A DNA stretch of 64,000 nucleotides from Candidatus Pacearchaeota archaeon (lineage in GTDB: Archaea; Nanobdellota; Nanobdellia; Pacearchaeales; GW2011-AR1). The stretch lies in contig JBNLCO010000008.1 of NCBI GenBank assembly GCA_050303855.1, positions 1,236 through 65,235 of the forward strand. The letters run 5' to 3'. A program made the position numbers and the translations under genes. Numbering within the stretch: the stretch's first letter is position 1; each line of letters begins with the position of its first letter. A model generated the notes under the pieces. That model worked only from the letters and a program-made list of their open reading frames with translations, was not told the origin of the DNA and made no database searches. This document shows, piece after piece, positions 47,770 through 59,947 of this stretch.

Positions 47770-50700
47770 ATGAAGAAGAGGTTGATATTCGGTTTGCTTT
47801 TTTCCATATGGATTTTCGTTTTTTTATTTGGTTTTGTTTCAAGTTTTAGTGGTGCAGGTACGGGTGAGTCGGGAGACCCTTTTCAAATAGCAACTTGTAA
47901 TCAAACTCAAGAGATGGTGAATAATTTAACTGCTTATTATACTTTAAACACAAGCATTGATTGTTCTGATACAGTGAATTGGAATGGAGGGAGCGGATTT
48001 TTACCTATCGGGAATAGTACAACGGCATTTACAGGAGATTTTGACGGACAGGGTTATGCTATTAGTGATTTATTTATTTATAGGAATTCTACAAGTTATA
48101 TAGGGTTATTTGGAAGAATAAGTTCTTCTTCTGTTAGAAATGTAAATTTATCAAATGTTAATATTAGTGGAGGGCAGTATACGGGTGCTGTTGTTGGAAG
48201 TAATGCTGGGAATGTAAATAACTCTAATTCTTCAGGTTATGTTTTTGGATATAGTGATTCAATCGGGGGATTGGTAGGATATAATACTTTAGGTAATGTT
48301 CATAATTCCTCTTCATCTGTACAGGTTAATAGTACAGGAGATAATGTTGGAGGGCTAATAGGAAGTATATCTAATGGTAACGTCTCTTGGTCTTATTCTG
48401 TTGGAAATGTTACAGCAGGTTCAAATATAGGAGGTTTGGTTGGTTCTTCTTCGGGTAATTTTGAAATATATGACTCTTATTCAAAAAGCAATATTGTGAG
48501 TAATGCTAGCTATCTTGGAGGCCTTGTAGGTCAAATTGCTGGAGGAGTAATTTATAGAACATATTCTACAGGGGTTTTAACTCATCCTGACACAACAGGG
48601 GCGTCTATAGGTGGTTTGATTGGATATAATAATTTGGGTAATGTTAATGATTCTTATTCCAATGCAACAATTCAGGGGAATTCAGGAGTTAGTGAGGTAT
48701 CGGGTTTTGTAGGTTATAATGCAGGAAATATTACTTATTCACATTCTTATGGTTATGTCAATAGTAGTGGAGGTAATACAGGGGGTTTTATTGGTTTGGC
48801 AGGGTCTGGAATAGTAACAGGTTCATTTTGGGACAACCAAACTTCGGGTCAGAGTATTAGTGCGGGAGGTTCTGAACTATTAACATCTCAAATGAGGAAT
48901 CTAGCAACTTACTCTACAGCAGGGTGGGATATTGTTTCTGTTGCAAGTTACACGAATGAGGTATGGAAGATAAGTAATGGGAGCGGTTATCCAAGGTTAG
49001 GTTGGGAAGATTTTACAGAATCTTTTGCAGGAGGTTTGGGGACTTCGGATGATCCTTTTCAGATAACAAAATGGGCGCATCTTTCTGAAGTCAATAACTT
49101 TGGGAATTATTATTTTATTCTAATGAATGATTTAAATTTGAGTACAATCGATTATGTTAATTATGCGAGTCCAAGTGCAAATTCTGGATCTGGTTGGGAA
49201 CCTATAGGTAATGGAACAAACCCTTTTGGGGGAGATTTTGATGGTCAGAATTATACAATAAGAGATTTCTATATAAATAGGAGTGCATCGGGCTATGTTG
49301 GTTTATTTGGTTTTCTTAACAATAGTGTAAAAAATATTGTAATATTAAATGCTAGTGTTAATGGGGGAAGTTACACAGGGGGGGCTGTAGGAGAATTGAC
49401 ATCCTCTTCAAATTTGTATAATGTACATACATCGGGAAGTGTTGAAGGAGACACAAGAGTAGGTGGGCTTGTGGGTTATGTTTCTAATTCGAATATTTGG
49501 AATTGTTCTTCTAATTCAACCGTTATTGGAAGCTCAGATGTTGGAGGTTTGATTGGGTTTAATGACAATGGTTTTGTAAATGGTTCTCATTCTCAGGGAA
49601 ATGTTTCGGGGTCATCAAATGTTGGAGGGTTTATTGGAGAGAATTATTATGGGAGTATAACTAATTCTTCTTCCACTGCAAATGCAACTAGCTCTGGAAA
49701 CTATGCTGGAGGATTTATAGGCCAGGACAATAATGGATTAATAAATTATTCTTTTTCTGGAGGGCATAGTTCAGGAAGTGGGACTTATACTGGAGGGTTT
49801 ATTGGATATGCGCAGTACGTAAAAATTAATGATTCATATTCAAACGCTAATGTAACGGGATTGTCAATGACTGGAGGGTTTATTGGGTATAATTACTATG
49901 GAAATATTTCAAATTCTTACTCTACAGGAAATGTTTCAGGATCATCAAATGTGGGGGGTTTTGCAGGCTTTAATGCAGGTACGGGAAATATTTCAAACTC
50001 TTTCTATGATACAAACACAACTGGACAATCAGATGATACAGGAAAAGGAACACCAAAAACAACTAGTGAGATGCAAACAATAACTACCTTTAGTGGTGCG
50101 GGGTGGAACATTGTTAGCGTTATAAGTCATGTTAATGAAATATGGAAAATAAATAGTGGGAGTGATTATCCTAGATTGGGTTGGGAGAATATTAGTGTGA
50201 TAGGTGATTTAACTGCTCCTTATTTTACTTCAATACCTTCGAATGCAAGTTTAGTTTATAGAGCTAGTAGTTTGGGTGTTGACTTTGATGCAACTGATGA
50301 TGTTAATTTTAGTAGTTTTGATGTGAACGATTCAAGATTTACAATAAATTCTACTGGTTGGTTGAGCAATGCAAGCATATTGCCTGCTGGAAATTATACA
50401 TTAAATATATCAATAAATGATAGTTCGGGTAATTCTAATTCAACTGAATATTCTGTTGAGAACAATAAAAGTTTTTTATCTGGAAGTTTAACTAATTCTA
50501 CAGGGTTAACTGTTACGTATCCCACTGAAACATCAATAGGATATAGTGAATCAAATTTAGGAGATGATGATATTACATATACTATTTTAAGAAACGGTAG
50601 TGCAGTTGGAACAAGCGAAACAACTACATTGGATGTAGGAAGTTGGAATTATACTTTAACTGGAAGTGCTATTCCTGCAGAAGCTAATTTAGTTACTTGG

Positions 50701-53700
50701 TTAAAACTAGATAACAGTCTTACGGATCTGAGAGGAAACAACGATGCAAATATGGTTGGAAGTGTTCCGTATAGTTCTTCTGGTTATAATGGAGATGCGA
50801 TTAATTTCCAAGCATCAGCGGGGAATTATTTGAATTTAACGAATGGTCTGAATTATGATGAATTAAGTTTTTCATTCTGGGCTAACCCAGATGTGATTGC
50901 AAGTGGAAATGGATTAGGTTTCTTTAATCATAATTACAATAATGAAAATGGTTATAGGGGAAGAGTCGATATTGGGCAAATACAAATATTGATAACAGGA
51001 ACAACGTACGAAGGTAATCAATCGGTTGCAATAGGAGATTGGAACCATTATGTTTATACTTTTGATGGATCAACTGGAGAGGTTGATGTATTCCTTAATG
51101 GTACAAGAATAATAGACCAAACGAGAGCGGCATTTAACCTTACAACAACAACCGAATTTCAGATAGGTAAATCTTGGACCACTACAGAATTGTTTGATGG
51201 TAGAATTGACGAGTTTATGATTTACAATAAAAGATTGACTCAATCAGAAGTGAATGAATTATACAATTTCGATTATTCTGTTACAAGTGGTACCAATTAT
51301 ACTGGAAATTCTTCAATTAATAGTTTCTTAGTCAATGTTGAGCAGAACACTTCTGATTGTAATGTTGTGTTTAATACTACTTCTCCTGTAAGCTACCCGG
51401 AGACATTTTTAGCATGGACTGATTGTACTTCTGGAGCAGTATTATATCGGAATGGAACCCAGATAGCTAATAACTCTGAACAAGCATTAGCTGTTGGAGG
51501 TTGGAATTTCACAGTTCTTAGAAATGATAGTGCAAATTATGTTAATGTTAATGATACCCAATTATTTAATGTAAATCCTGTAGATAACAACACTTTCAAA
51601 TCTCAATGGAATACCTCTTTAACTTCTTCGGGCTCAAGTAATTCTACTTCAATAACCCTTCCTTTAGTTTCTTCAGGATCTTATAATTTTACTATAGAGT
51701 GGGGAGACGGTAATAGTTCTACTATTATAGCGTGGGACAGCCCAAATAAAACTCATGATTATGGGACGGAGGGAACATACAATATAACTATTTCAGGTAC
51801 TTTTATCGGCTTTGCATTTTCAAATAGCGGAGATAGAAACAAGTTATTGGATATTTCTCAGTGGGGAAATATGAGTCTTGGAAATGGGGGAAGTTATTTT
51901 TATGGAGCTTCTAATTTTGACTTAACTGCAAGTGATTCTCCCAATTTAACTGGAACAACCACTTTTTATAGGGCATTCCCAGTAGCAACATCCTTTAACG
52001 GAAATATAAGTCATTGGGATACCTCAAATATTACAAATATGCAGGAGATGTTCTCTAGTGCCACATCATTTAATCAGGATATAAGCAGTTGGAATACATC
52101 AAGTGTTACAACAATGGGATCAATGTTCACTAGTGCAAGTTCATTTAATCAGAATATAAGTGGATGGGATACTTCTAAGGTTACAAGCATGTATCGAATG
52201 TTTAGAGGAACTCCATTTAATCAAAGCATAGGTAATTGGAATACTTCAAGCGTTACAACTATGCAGGAGATGTTTTATAGTGCAAGTGCATTCAATCAAG
52301 ATATAAGTTCATGGGATGTTTCAAGTGTTACAAATATGCAAGAGATGTTCCGTTCAGCAACTTCATTCAATCAGGATATAGGTGCATGGGATGTTTTAAG
52401 TGTTACAAATATGAATAGTATGTTTATTAATAATGCTGTGTTTAACCAAAACCTAAGTAATTGGAATACTTCAAGCGTTACTAACCTTGGAAGTATGTTT
52501 AGTGGGGCTAGTTCATTTAATGGAAATATTTCAAATTGGGATACTTCTAAGGTTACAAGCATGGTTACAACATTCTTTGGAGCCAGTAATTTCAATCAGG
52601 ATATAAGCAGTTGGAATACATCAAGTGTTACAAGTATGAGATCTATGTTCCTTAGTGCAAGTTCATTTAATCAGAATATAAGTGGATGGGATACTTCTAA
52701 GGTTACGACTATGAGGTCTATGTTCTCAAGTGCTAGTAGCTTTGACCAAAATTTAGGAAGTTGGAATGTTTCAAGCGTTACAGATATGACCACCATGTTC
52801 TCAGGAGTTACACTTTCAACATCAAATTATGATTCTTTACTTATTGGTTGGGCTAGTCTACCTTCTCTTAACACACTTACATTCAGTGGTGGAAGTTCAC
52901 AATATTGTTCGGGGGTAAGCGCTAGAAACGATGTATTAATAGGTATTTACGGTTGGAGTATCGGGGATGGAGGAGTAGCTTCTGGATGTGATTTAACAAA
53001 CCCAACATATTCTGGCAATAATGCAAACAGCACGGTAGTTAGTGCATCTACTAACTTTAGTATAATTGCAAATGATAATCAGGCATTACATCCAAATGGT
53101 TATTACATTTTTAGTACTAATAATACTGGAACTTGGGTTAATGATTCAGCTGTTAACTTTACTTCAACAGCTCAAACAATATATAGTGTAAAGACTTTAA
53201 ATGATACAGAAAGTATTTCTATTGGGTATAAGTGGTATATTTATGATAATGCTTCTAACAATGTTGAAACAAGCACATATTCTTTGACTTCAACATCTCC
53301 AGATTCAACTGCTCCAACTTACTCTGGAAATAGTACAAATAATACCCAAGTAAGTTTATCTACAAATTTTAGTTTAACGGTTAATGATGACACAGCTTTA
53401 GAAAATAATGGTTACTATGCATTTAGTACCAACAATACGGGTACCTGGATAAATACCTCAGGAAAATACACTCATACAGGAGATGGTCTTAATCCTTTTA
53501 ATAATTCAAGTGAATGGGCAACAGATATAGAATCTGATGGAAATTACCTTTGGTTATTGAGTTATTATAGCGATACTGTATATAGGTACTGGAAAAATGG
53601 TACATACTCAGGATTTAATTTCTCAACATATAAAGAAGGTCCAAGCACGGGATGGAATTCTAATCCGAGGGGGATCACTCAAAATGGGACTTATTTCTGG

Positions 53701-55356
53701 ATAACTGATGCCTTAGGTAATGAAGGAAGTGTATTCAAATATTGGATGAATGGGACTTATACTGGAGATAATTTTAATGCTTCGGTTTCAGGGAATACAA
53801 ACCCAAGCGGAATAGTACAAAATGGGACTTATTTCTGGATAGTGGATTCTGGAAATGATGGGGTTTACAAATATCATATGAATGGTACTTATACTGGAGA
53901 TAATTTTAATGCTTCGGTTTCAGGGAATACAAATCCCTTTGGGATAAGTTATGATGGGACTTATTTCTGGATATCCCAAACAAGTATCTCTAGTGCAAAA
54001 AAAATATACAAACATCACATTAATGGGACTTATGCTGGAGAGAATTTCTTTGCTAATGATGGAAAGGATATTTTACTTGGAATAACACAAAATGGGACCT
54101 ATTTTTGGATATTGAGTTATTCCTTGGAAGGAATTTTGATAAATTCGACAATGGATAAATATAGGATGATTGATCAATTCCCTAATTTTACCCAGACCCC
54201 TTCCCAGATCAATACAACTGAGACTTTGAATAATACAGTAGGAGTAAGTGTGGGGTATAGATGGTATCTATTTGACAATTTAGGAAATGCAAATGTTACA
54301 GATACATTTGAATTAATTACAACTGCTGCTCCTGATACAACAACTCCAAATTATTCAAATGCAGGATATAACTCAACAACTTCGAATGCAAGTGTGAAAT
54401 GGTCTATTTATGTGGATGATGATACTGCTTTAGAAAGTAATGGTTACTATATCTTTAGTACAAATAATACAGGTACTTGGGTTAATGATTCAGCTGTTAA
54501 CTTTACTTCAACACCTCAATGGGCAAATATAACCAAGACATTGAATAGTACTGTTGGGATTAATGTAGGTTATAGATGGTATTTATATGATAATGCAGGT
54601 AATGCTGAATTGGTTTCTGGAAGTTTAGTTACAACAACTGCTTCAGAATCTTCTTCAGATACAGGATCCTCTGGAGGGGGAAGTCAAACAACCGAGACAA
54701 GTGAGACTACTTCGGGAACTCAAGATCAAGGGCCTGACGAAAATGGAATATATGTCCAAGAAGCATTAAGTGAGGATTTCTGGACTGATACTACAACTAT
54801 TTCAGATCAATTAATAGAAAGTACGGATATACTTATTGCGGATGAAGCAGCAGGACTTGAAGACCAATTATTAAGGGCTCTTGCGGATGATCCAAATACA
54901 GAGATTAATCCAATTGTTGTTCAGTCAATTGGTTTGTCCCTTGGTGAGAAGCAGAGAGCTAAGTTCACAGTTAAAGATACTATCTACAGCGTTGGTGTTG
55001 CAAGAATAACAAAAGATTCAGTAGTTTTACAAATACAGCAAGACCAAGGAGGATTCTTAGTGCAAGAGTCATTCACCCCTAGAAAGCTCAAGTATTTCAA
55101 TAAGGCTAAGTATTTTGACTTAAATGGAGACACCCTTAATGATTTGGGAACAAATGTGGACTCGATCGATAACGAGCTTAAAGCAAGAATCACATTAGAC
55201 ATAATTTATAATGCTCCTTTGACCGAGGAAGAGGCTGCAAGAAAAGAAGCTTTAGATAAAGGTAAGAAAATATTGAGTATAATATTGATTTCTGCAGGAA
55301 TTGTATTTTTAATACATAGATTAAGAAGATCTTTGAAGAAGTCTCCGAAGTACTAA
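47770..55356 (+). CDS. Giant surface adhesin: two GLUG-repeat regions, LamG domain, BspA/DUF285 repeats, propeller-like repeats, C-terminal TM
   Basis: GGLVG repeats; [20 protein letters not shown]; about ten [17 protein letters not shown] repeats; [11 protein letters not shown] repeats. Confidence 0.88.
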   Translation: MKKRLIFGLLFSIWIFVFLFGFVSSFSGAGTGESGDPFQIATCNQTQEMVNNLTAYYTLNTSIDCSDTVNWNGGSGFLPIGNSTTAFTGDFDGQGYAISDLFIYRNSTSYIGLFGRISSSSVRNVNLSNVNISGGQYTGAVVGSNAGNVNNSNSSGYVFGYSDSIGGLVGYNTLGNVHNSSSSVQVNSTGDNVGGLIGSISNGNVSWSYSVGNVTAGSNIGGLVGSSSGNFEIYDSYSKSNIVSNASYLGGLVGQIAGGVIYRTYSTGVLTHPDTTGASIGGLIGYNNLGNVNDSYSNATIQGNSGVSEVSGFVGYNAGNITYSHSYGYVNSSGGNTGGFIGLAGSGIVTGSFWDNQTSGQSISAGGSELLTSQMRNLATYSTAGWDIVSVASYTNEVWKISNGSGYPRLGWEDFTESFAGGLGTSDDPFQITKWAHLSEVNNFGNYYFILMNDLNLSTIDYVNYASPSANSGSGWEPIGNGTNPFGGDFDGQNYTIRDFYINRSASGYVGLFGFLNNSVKNIVILNASVNGGSYTGGAVGELTSSSNLYNVHTSGSVEGDTRVGGLVGYVSNSNIWNCSSNSTVIGSSDVGGLIGFNDNGFVNGSHSQGNVSGSSNVGGFIGENYYGSITNSSSTANATSSGNYAGGFIGQDNNGLINYSFSGGHSSGSGTYTGGFIGYAQYVKINDSYSNANVTGLSMTGGFIGYNYYGNISNSYSTGNVSGSSNVGGFAGFNAGTGNISNSFYDTNTTGQSDDTGKGTPKTTSEMQTITTFSGAGWNIVSVISHVNEIWKINSGSDYPRLGWENISVIGDLTAPYFTSIPSNASLVYRASSLGVDFDATDDVNFSSFDVNDSRFTINSTGWLSNASILPAGNYTLNISINDSSGNSNSTEYSVENNKSFLSGSLTNSTGLTVTYPTETSIGYSESNLGDDDITYTILRNGSAVGTSETTTLDVGSWNYTLTGSAIPAEANLVTWLKLDNSLTDLRGNNDANMVGSVPYSSSGYNGDAINFQASAGNYLNLTNGLNYDELSFSFWANPDVIASGNGLGFFNHNYNNENGYRGRVDIGQIQILITGTTYEGNQSVAIGDWNHYVYTFDGSTGEVDVFLNGTRIIDQTRAAFNLTTTTEFQIGKSWTTTELFDGRIDEFMIYNKRLTQSEVNELYNFDYSVTSGTNYTGNSSINSFLVNVEQNTSDCNVVFNTTSPVSYPETFLAWTDCTSGAVLYRNGTQIANNSEQALAVGGWNFTVLRNDSANYVNVNDTQLFNVNPVDNNTFKSQWNTSLTSSGSSNSTSITLPLVSSGSYNFTIEWGDGNSSTIIAWDSPNKTHDYGTEGTYNITISGTFIGFAFSNSGDRNKLLDISQWGNMSLGNGGSYFYGASNFDLTASDSPNLTGTTTFYRAFPVATSFNGNISHWDTSNITNMQEMFSSATSFNQDISSWNTSSVTTMGSMFTSASSFNQNISGWDTSKVTSMYRMFRGTPFNQSIGNWNTSSVTTMQEMFYSASAFNQDISSWDVSSVTNMQEMFRSATSFNQDIGAWDVLSVTNMNSMFINNAVFNQNLSNWNTSSVTNLGSMFSGASSFNGNISNWDTSKVTSMVTTFFGASNFNQDISSWNTSSVTSMRSMFLSASSFNQNISGWDTSKVTTMRSMFSSASSFDQNLGSWNVSSVTDMTTMFSGVTLSTSNYDSLLIGWASLPSLNTLTFSGGSSQYCSGVSARNDVLIGIYGWSIGDGGVASGCDLTNPTYSGNNANSTVVSASTNFSIIANDNQALHPNGYYIFSTNNTGTWVNDSAVNFTSTAQTIYSVKTLNDTESISIGYKWYIYDNASNNVETSTYSLTSTSPDSTAPTYSGNSTNNTQVSLSTNFSLTVNDDTALENNGYYAFSTNNTGTWINTSGKYTHTGDGLNPFNNSSEWATDIESDGNYLWLLSYYSDTVYRYWKNGTYSGFNFSTYKEGPSTGWNSNPRGITQNGTYFWITDALGNEGSVFKYWMNGTYTGDNFNASVSGNTNPSGIVQNGTYFWIVDSGNDGVYKYHMNGTYTGDNFNASVSGNTNPFGISYDGTYFWISQTSISSAKKIYKHHINGTYAGENFFANDGKDILLGITQNGTYFWILSYSLEGILINSTMDKYRMIDQFPNFTQTPSQINTTETLNNTVGVSVGYRWYLFDNLGNANVTDTFELITTAAPDTTTPNYSNAGYNSTTSNASVKWSIYVDDDTALESNGYYIFSTNNTGTWVNDSAVNFTSTPQWANITKTLNSTVGINVGYRWYLYDNAGNAELVSGSLVTTTASESSSDTGSSGGGSQTTETSETTSGTQDQGPDENGIYVQEALSEDFWTDTTTISDQLIESTDILIADEAAGLEDQLLRALADDPNTEINPIVVQSIGLSLGEKQRAKFTVKDTIYSVGVARITKDSVVLQIQQDQGGFLVQESFTPRKLKYFNKAKYFDLNGDTLNDLGTNVDSIDNELKARITLDIIYNAPLTEEEAARKEALDKGKKILSIILISAGIVFLIHRLRRSLKKSPKY
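51990..52800 (+). repeat. Tandem ~75-bp coding repeats (DUF285/BspA)
   Basis: ~25-aa periodicity with several near-identical DNA units. Confidence 0.8.
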
Positions 55357-55378
55357 TTTTGCTTAAGGTTTTTTCATA

Positions 55379-55747
55379 TTATTTAACGAACTCTACATTC
55401 TTTTTGGATTCAAATTTTTCATCTCCAGTTAGAAACTTTACATTGTGTTTTCTTGACAAAACATATCCTATACAATCTATAAAGGATAATTTCTCCTTAC
55501 TGAATTTTATTTTCATTTTTGTTGCTTCTATTAAGTCTTTGTCAGAATAGTCAACATTAAATTTTCCAAGAGATTCGAATAATTCTTTTACTTCATTTTC
55601 TCTTTTTTCCCTTATTAAAAAGTTTGTAAACTCCATTAAGTTAAGTTTGTTTAAAATTATTCCCACATCAGAACTATATTTCTTGTAATTTGGGTTGCTT
55701 TTGTATATTTCTATTAGAGCATAGGTATCAAAATAAAATTTATTCAT
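55379..55747 (-). CDS. vapC: VapC/PIN toxin
   Basis: FDTYALIE, LSFIDCIGY, LTGDEKF. Confidence 0.88.
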   Translation of the reverse strand: MNKFYFDTYALIEIYKSNPNYKKYSSDVGIILNKLNLMEFTNFLIREKRENEVKELFESLGKFNVDYSDKDLIEATKMKIKFSKEKLSFIDCIGYVLSRKHNVKFLTGDEKFESKKNVEFVK

Positions 55748-55955
55748 ACTCACCCTCATCAATTTCATCCATAATCTTTTTTGTAGATTTCTTTATTTCT
55801 TTTCCTTTTCCCCACATAAAACTTAGATCTCCCGTCTTAGCTATATTAATGGTTAGTATATCATTTTGAGAAATATTCTGGGCTTCAACTATTTCTTTTG
55901 GAATGAATACAGCCATTGATCCTCCAATTTTTCTTGTTCTAACTTTTGTTTCCAT
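55740..55955 (-). CDS. AbrB/MazE-type antitoxin
   Basis: RKIGGSMAVFIPKEIV; overlaps the VapC start. Confidence 0.85.
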   Translation of the reverse strand: METKVRTRKIGGSMAVFIPKEIVEAQNISQNDILTINIAKTGDLSFMWGKGKEIKKSTKKIMDEIDEGEYE

Positions 55956-56043
55956 ATTAAATATATAAGTTTAATACATTTATTTAATATTTAAACTTTT
56001 CTATATAGAAAGGCATTTAAAGTAGGGTTTGCACTGAAAAGGT

Positions 56044-56304
56044 GTAGACTAGGTTGGCGGGTTAGTCCTCCGCTATTTGCAAACGGACTTTAGGCAAACT
56101 GCAAGGAAGTCGGTGAGAGAAATGCTATTGGGGTCTTTACTTCAATGTTGACGCTCTGTCCGGATGGATCTTGCATACGCGAAATGGGTCAGGCCTTGAT
56201 CGGAGCAGCCCTAAACATATGTTAAGGTGCTTTTCGGGTCGCAGAGAATAGTTGTAGTGAAGGTTAGCTTCATTGGTATTTTTCAGGCTAGCTTCCGAGT
56301 CTAC
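56044..56304 (+). ncRNA. ffs: Archaeal signal recognition particle (7S) RNA
   Basis: Terminal pairing GTAGACT/AGTCTAC; Alu hairpins with complementary loops AGTCC/GGACT; helix 8 GGGTCAGG...AGCAGCCC; TTTAAA box upstream and T-tract downstream. Confidence 0.85.
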
Positions 56305-56361
56305 TTTTATGTATTTTTCTGAGAACAATAAACAATATAAATCAATATTTTATGTAGTTTT

Positions 56362-56739
56362 ATGGGCAATATTAAGACTTTATTAGAAAGGGCAGCTCGT
56401 GAGGAAGAGATTTTACCTGAGAATGTAAATTACTATGTTACTGCAAAACTAAGTCCAGAATCAACAGGCTGGCTTTCTAATCGAATATATGTGGAGAAAT
56501 TCAATAGAGGAGATTATGTTATAATAAATGAAAGAATTAGGGATGGAGACATTGTTAATCTAGATGTAGTTAATGAAAATCATGCCAGAGAAGAGGTTTT
56601 GGATAGATTATATTGTGAAGCAAGAGAGGTTGCCAAAGGTAGAGCAAAATTAGACGGTAATGAAGTTTTGGATTTAACTGGAAAGGTTGTTATTGATCCA
56701 GCAGAAGCTTTATTGTATAAGAAACGTTTTTCCAATTAA
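56362..56739 (+). CDS. Hypothetical protein
   Basis: 125-aa ORF with TATA upstream. Confidence 0.65.
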   Translation: MGNIKTLLERAAREEEILPENVNYYVTAKLSPESTGWLSNRIYVEKFNRGDYVIINERIRDGDIVNLDVVNENHAREEVLDRLYCEAREVAKGRAKLDGNEVLDLTGKVVIDPAEALLYKKRFSN

Positions 56740-56790
56740 TATATTTGATTGAATAACAATTAATATAAAAGGCAATTCTTTAAGTAATCT

Positions 56791-57246
56791 ATGAAGAATC
56801 TTAGAATAATTGTCCAGGATGATGATGGGCTGCTTAAACCGGGAAGCAAACACAGTAACCCTCATCCCTTTATATCAAAAAGCATTAGAGAGATATTGAG
56901 GGATCCAAGTTATCAAGACAGATTAAAAAAGTATGAGGGAAATTTTCTCGAGATTGGAAGTTATTTAATTCCAGGAATTAGGTTGTCTTTTTTAGAAGAT
57001 GCAGAGGCAATACTGGATACTGCCTATAACATATCTCTCTCAAAACACGGCAAAGTTAGGGTAGAATATAAATCTGAGAATAGTTACATAATAAGGGAAA
57101 TTAAATCCAAAGGCATTTTTATGAGAATTGATGATCCTGAAAAAGAATTTTACAAAAAAACGGGTCCAGGACTAATAAAAATATCAGAGAGATGGAATTC
57201 TTTCATTGACAAGCTTGAGGAAAAACAAGGCAAGGTTAAACACTAA
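56791..57246 (+). CDS. Hypothetical protein
   Basis: 151-aa ORF with TATA upstream. Confidence 0.65.
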   Translation: MKNLRIIVQDDDGLLKPGSKHSNPHPFISKSIREILRDPSYQDRLKKYEGNFLEIGSYLIPGIRLSFLEDAEAILDTAYNISLSKHGKVRVEYKSENSYIIREIKSKGIFMRIDDPEKEFYKKTGPGLIKISERWNSFIDKLEEKQGKVKH

Positions 57247-57276
57247 TTTAATAAAGTTAGATATTCTATTTAGTTT

Positions 57277-57747
57277 ATGAAGAGGTTTGATAAAAAGGGG
57301 CAATTCTATATTGTTGCTGCAATGATTTTAGTTATAGTTGTTTCTTCTATTGTTACAATAAATAATTATTCTTCTAAAAAAGAATTTACAAAGGAAGCAG
57401 AATTACGGGGGAAAGAATTGGTTATAGAAAGCGAGAGGGTTTTAGATTATGATTCTGCAAATAATCAGGAGAATATACTTACATTTGCTGAAGGATATAG
57501 CAATTATCTTGAAGAGGAAGCAGATATAATTTTTATATACGGGGAAGAGGGAAGTTTAGATGCTTTCACTTATGAAGACGGAGGTTATATTGATTTAAAT
57601 TCGGGGTTAGTCGTAGATAATGTTAATGGCACAATTACATTTACTAGAACAAATGAGCAATACCAGTTTAATTTAAATAGGGGTAAGAACTTTTACTTTA
57701 TATTATCAAAAGAGGCAGGTAGTGAGAAATATGTATACACAAATTAA
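57277..57747 (+). CDS. Class III signal peptide (pilin-like) protein
   Basis: KKG/QF followed by hydrophobic helix. Confidence 0.8.
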   Translation: MKRFDKKGQFYIVAAMILVIVVSSIVTINNYSSKKEFTKEAELRGKELVIESERVLDYDSANNQENILTFAEGYSNYLEEEADIIFIYGEEGSLDAFTYEDGGYIDLNSGLVVDNVNGTITFTRTNEQYQFNLNRGKNFYFILSKEAGSEKYVYTN

Positions 57748-58279
57748 ATCTCTGAAGAAAGATCGTAGGGGTGTAAGCCCTATGATTGCTTACATAATGT
57801 TAGTATCTTTCGTGATAGTTCTAGGAATTTTAGTTTATAATTGGATGAAGACTTATGTTCCTCAAGAAGATTTGAGTTGTCCTGATGGAGCTTCATTATT
57901 TGTGGAGGATTATGTTTGTAATCCTGGGTCACTTAACCTCACAATAAGAAATAATGGAAGATTTAGTGTTGGAGGGTATTTTATTTATGCCACTAATAAT
58001 CCCGACCAAGAACTTGCAAGTGTTGATCTATCAGAATATTCCACTGCGGAGTCTCCTTTTTTGTCTCAAACGGGAGGGGTTCAATTAGGAAGTGTCATTG
58101 GAGAGAATTCGTTTAGTCCAGAGGATGCAACTATCAGTTCATTTGATTTCTCTTCTGCAACTTTTAGTACAATATATTCTATAGAAATTGTTCCAATAAG
58201 ATGGGAGGAACAAGGACGTAGGAGAGAATTAGTTTCATGCACTGATTCAAAGATAGAGGAAGTTTTAAACTGCTCTTAA
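57731..58279 (+). CDS. Archaeal type IV pilin
   Basis: RRG/VSPMIA followed by hydrophobic helix. Confidence 0.85.
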   Translation: MYTQIKSLKKDRRGVSPMIAYIMLVSFVIVLGILVYNWMKTYVPQEDLSCPDGASLFVEDYVCNPGSLNLTIRNNGRFSVGGYFIYATNNPDQELASVDLSEYSTAESPFLSQTGGVQLGSVIGENSFSPEDATISSFDFSSATFSTIYSIEIVPIRWEEQGRRRELVSCTDSKIEEVLNCS

Positions 58280-58319
58280 ATATCAAAGAATTTAAAAATA
58301 TAAAACAATTAAGATTAAT

Positions 58320-58805
58320 ATGAATAGAGGTGGAAAAAAAGGATTGTCTCCAGTTGTTGCGACTGTTTTACTTATAGCAATGGTTGTGGTCATAGGTATT
58401 ATCATTTTCTTGTGGTTGAAAGGTCTTACAAAAGAAGTAATAACCAAAAATATCGGAGGAGCAGATAAAAATGTTCAAGTTGTTTGTGATGAGGTTTATT
58501 TTGAAGCAGATTATACAGCTTCGGGAAGATTGACAATATTGAATTCAGGAAATGTTCCAATATATAAGTTTAAGGTGAAATTATCAAGTGATGGGAGTTA
58601 TAGTACTGAGAATTTGGAAGACCTCTCTTCGTTGTGGGAGTCTGATTTTGAAACAGGGTTAAATCCTGGGAGAGTATTCTCAGATATAGTTAGTCTTTCT
58701 GGAAGTGAGGCAACAATTATACCTGTGCTTATAGGAGAATCTGAAAAAGGAAGAAAAACATATACTTGTAATGAAGATCTTCATGGTTATGTTATAACGT
58801 TATAA
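58320..58805 (+). CDS. Archaeal type IV pilin
   Basis: KKG/LSPVVATVLLI. Confidence 0.88.
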   Translation: MNRGGKKGLSPVVATVLLIAMVVVIGIIIFLWLKGLTKEVITKNIGGADKNVQVVCDEVYFEADYTASGRLTILNSGNVPIYKFKVKLSSDGSYSTENLEDLSSLWESDFETGLNPGRVFSDIVSLSGSEATIIPVLIGESEKGRKTYTCNEDLHGYVITL

Positions 58806-58806
58806 A

Positions 58807-59322
58807 ATGAGATATAATAAAAAAGGATTATCTGAAGTTGTTGCTGTTGTCATTGTTATACTTCTCGTAATATCTGCAGGAGCTGTCGTTTGGAGTGTTG
58901 TAAATAATTTGATTAAGAATAAGACATCCCAGATTTCTTCTTGTTTTGATGCAGATTTTTCTGAAAGTATTTTCTTTAACAATGATTATACTTGTTACAA
59001 TTCATCTTCGGGAGAGATGCAATTCTCCTTAGGTATTGGAGATGTTGATATAGAAAAGGCAATAGTTTCGGTTGCTTATGGGGGCGGGTCCAAAACATTT
59101 ACTATAACAAATACGGATGAAACGATATCTGATTTAGTTAGTTATCCTGCAAGGTCTATTACAAATTCTCTGCCTTTAAAGAACGGGGGAAAAACGTATA
59201 TTGCATTAGGAATAACTACAAATCCGGATTGGGTTAAAGTTGTTCCTTATGTTGACGGAAAACAGTGTGAACAAACTGATACCGTATATAATCCCTATGA
59301 TTGTGCAGAGTTTATCCAATAG
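58807..59322 (+). CDS. Archaeal type IV pilin
   Basis: KKG/LSEVVAVV. Confidence 0.85.
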   Translation: MRYNKKGLSEVVAVVIVILLVISAGAVVWSVVNNLIKNKTSQISSCFDADFSESIFFNNDYTCYNSSSGEMQFSLGIGDVDIEKAIVSVAYGGGSKTFTITNTDETISDLVSYPARSITNSLPLKNGGKTYIALGITTNPDWVKVVPYVDGKQCEQTDTVYNPYDCAEFIQ

Positions 59323-59372
59323 AAATATAAACCCTTCTGAATAGTTATATTAAAAGAGGAGAAAAAGATTCT

Positions 59373-59891
59373 ATGAGGAAGAAAGGTCAAATCTGGGTTG
59401 AAACAGTAATCTATATGCTTGTTGCTTTTGCTATGATTGCTCTTGTTTTAGCGTTTATAAGGCCCAAAATTGAAGAGTTAAGGGATAAAGCTGTAATTGA
59501 ACAATCAATAGAAATTATGAATGGTATTGATAATCTGTTTTCGGAGATACTTATTCCTGGAAATAAAAGAGTTCTTGAAGTAGGTATAAAGAAAGGGACG
59601 ATGGTAATTACACCTTCAACAGATACAATAACTATTGAGGTAGAAAGTTCTTATGCTTATAGTGAGCCGGGAGAACCAATATTCATAGGAGATTTAGAAG
59701 TTTTAACTGAAGAAAAAGGCAAGATAAGTCTTGTTACAATAACAAGAGATTATAGTTCAGAATATAATTTAACTTATCAAAATCAAGAAGTTCCGAAATC
59801 CATCACAAAATCACCCGTGCCATATAAATTATTTATCACAAATGAAGGAAAAACGGGAGGAGTTACAAACATAAATATAGACCTTGTTTAA
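59373..59891 (+). CDS. Class III signal peptide (pilin-like) protein
   Basis: KKG/QIWVE with E at +5. Confidence 0.82.
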   Translation: MRKKGQIWVETVIYMLVAFAMIALVLAFIRPKIEELRDKAVIEQSIEIMNGIDNLFSEILIPGNKRVLEVGIKKGTMVITPSTDTITIEVESSYAYSEPGEPIFIGDLEVLTEEKGKISLVTITRDYSSEYNLTYQNQEVPKSITKSPVPYKLFITNEGKTGGVTNINIDLV

Positions 59892-59947
59892 GATGGAAGA
59901 AAAAATAAATTTTTTCAGGCACCTAAATAGAGAGGAATTTTATTAAG

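Noticed and set aside
51990..52800. Regular ~75-bp repeats as a CRISPR array
   Set aside because: In-frame degenerate coding repeats (DUF285/BspA) with no unique spacers; no cas genes in the window
56022..56050. Hairpin GGTTTGCAC/GTGTAGACT as an SRP leader switch
   Set aside because: The TTTAAA box near 56017 places the transcription start near 56044, so the 5' arm is probably not transcribed
56137..56328. 63-aa minus-strand ORF
   Set aside because: Lies antisense to the SRP RNA
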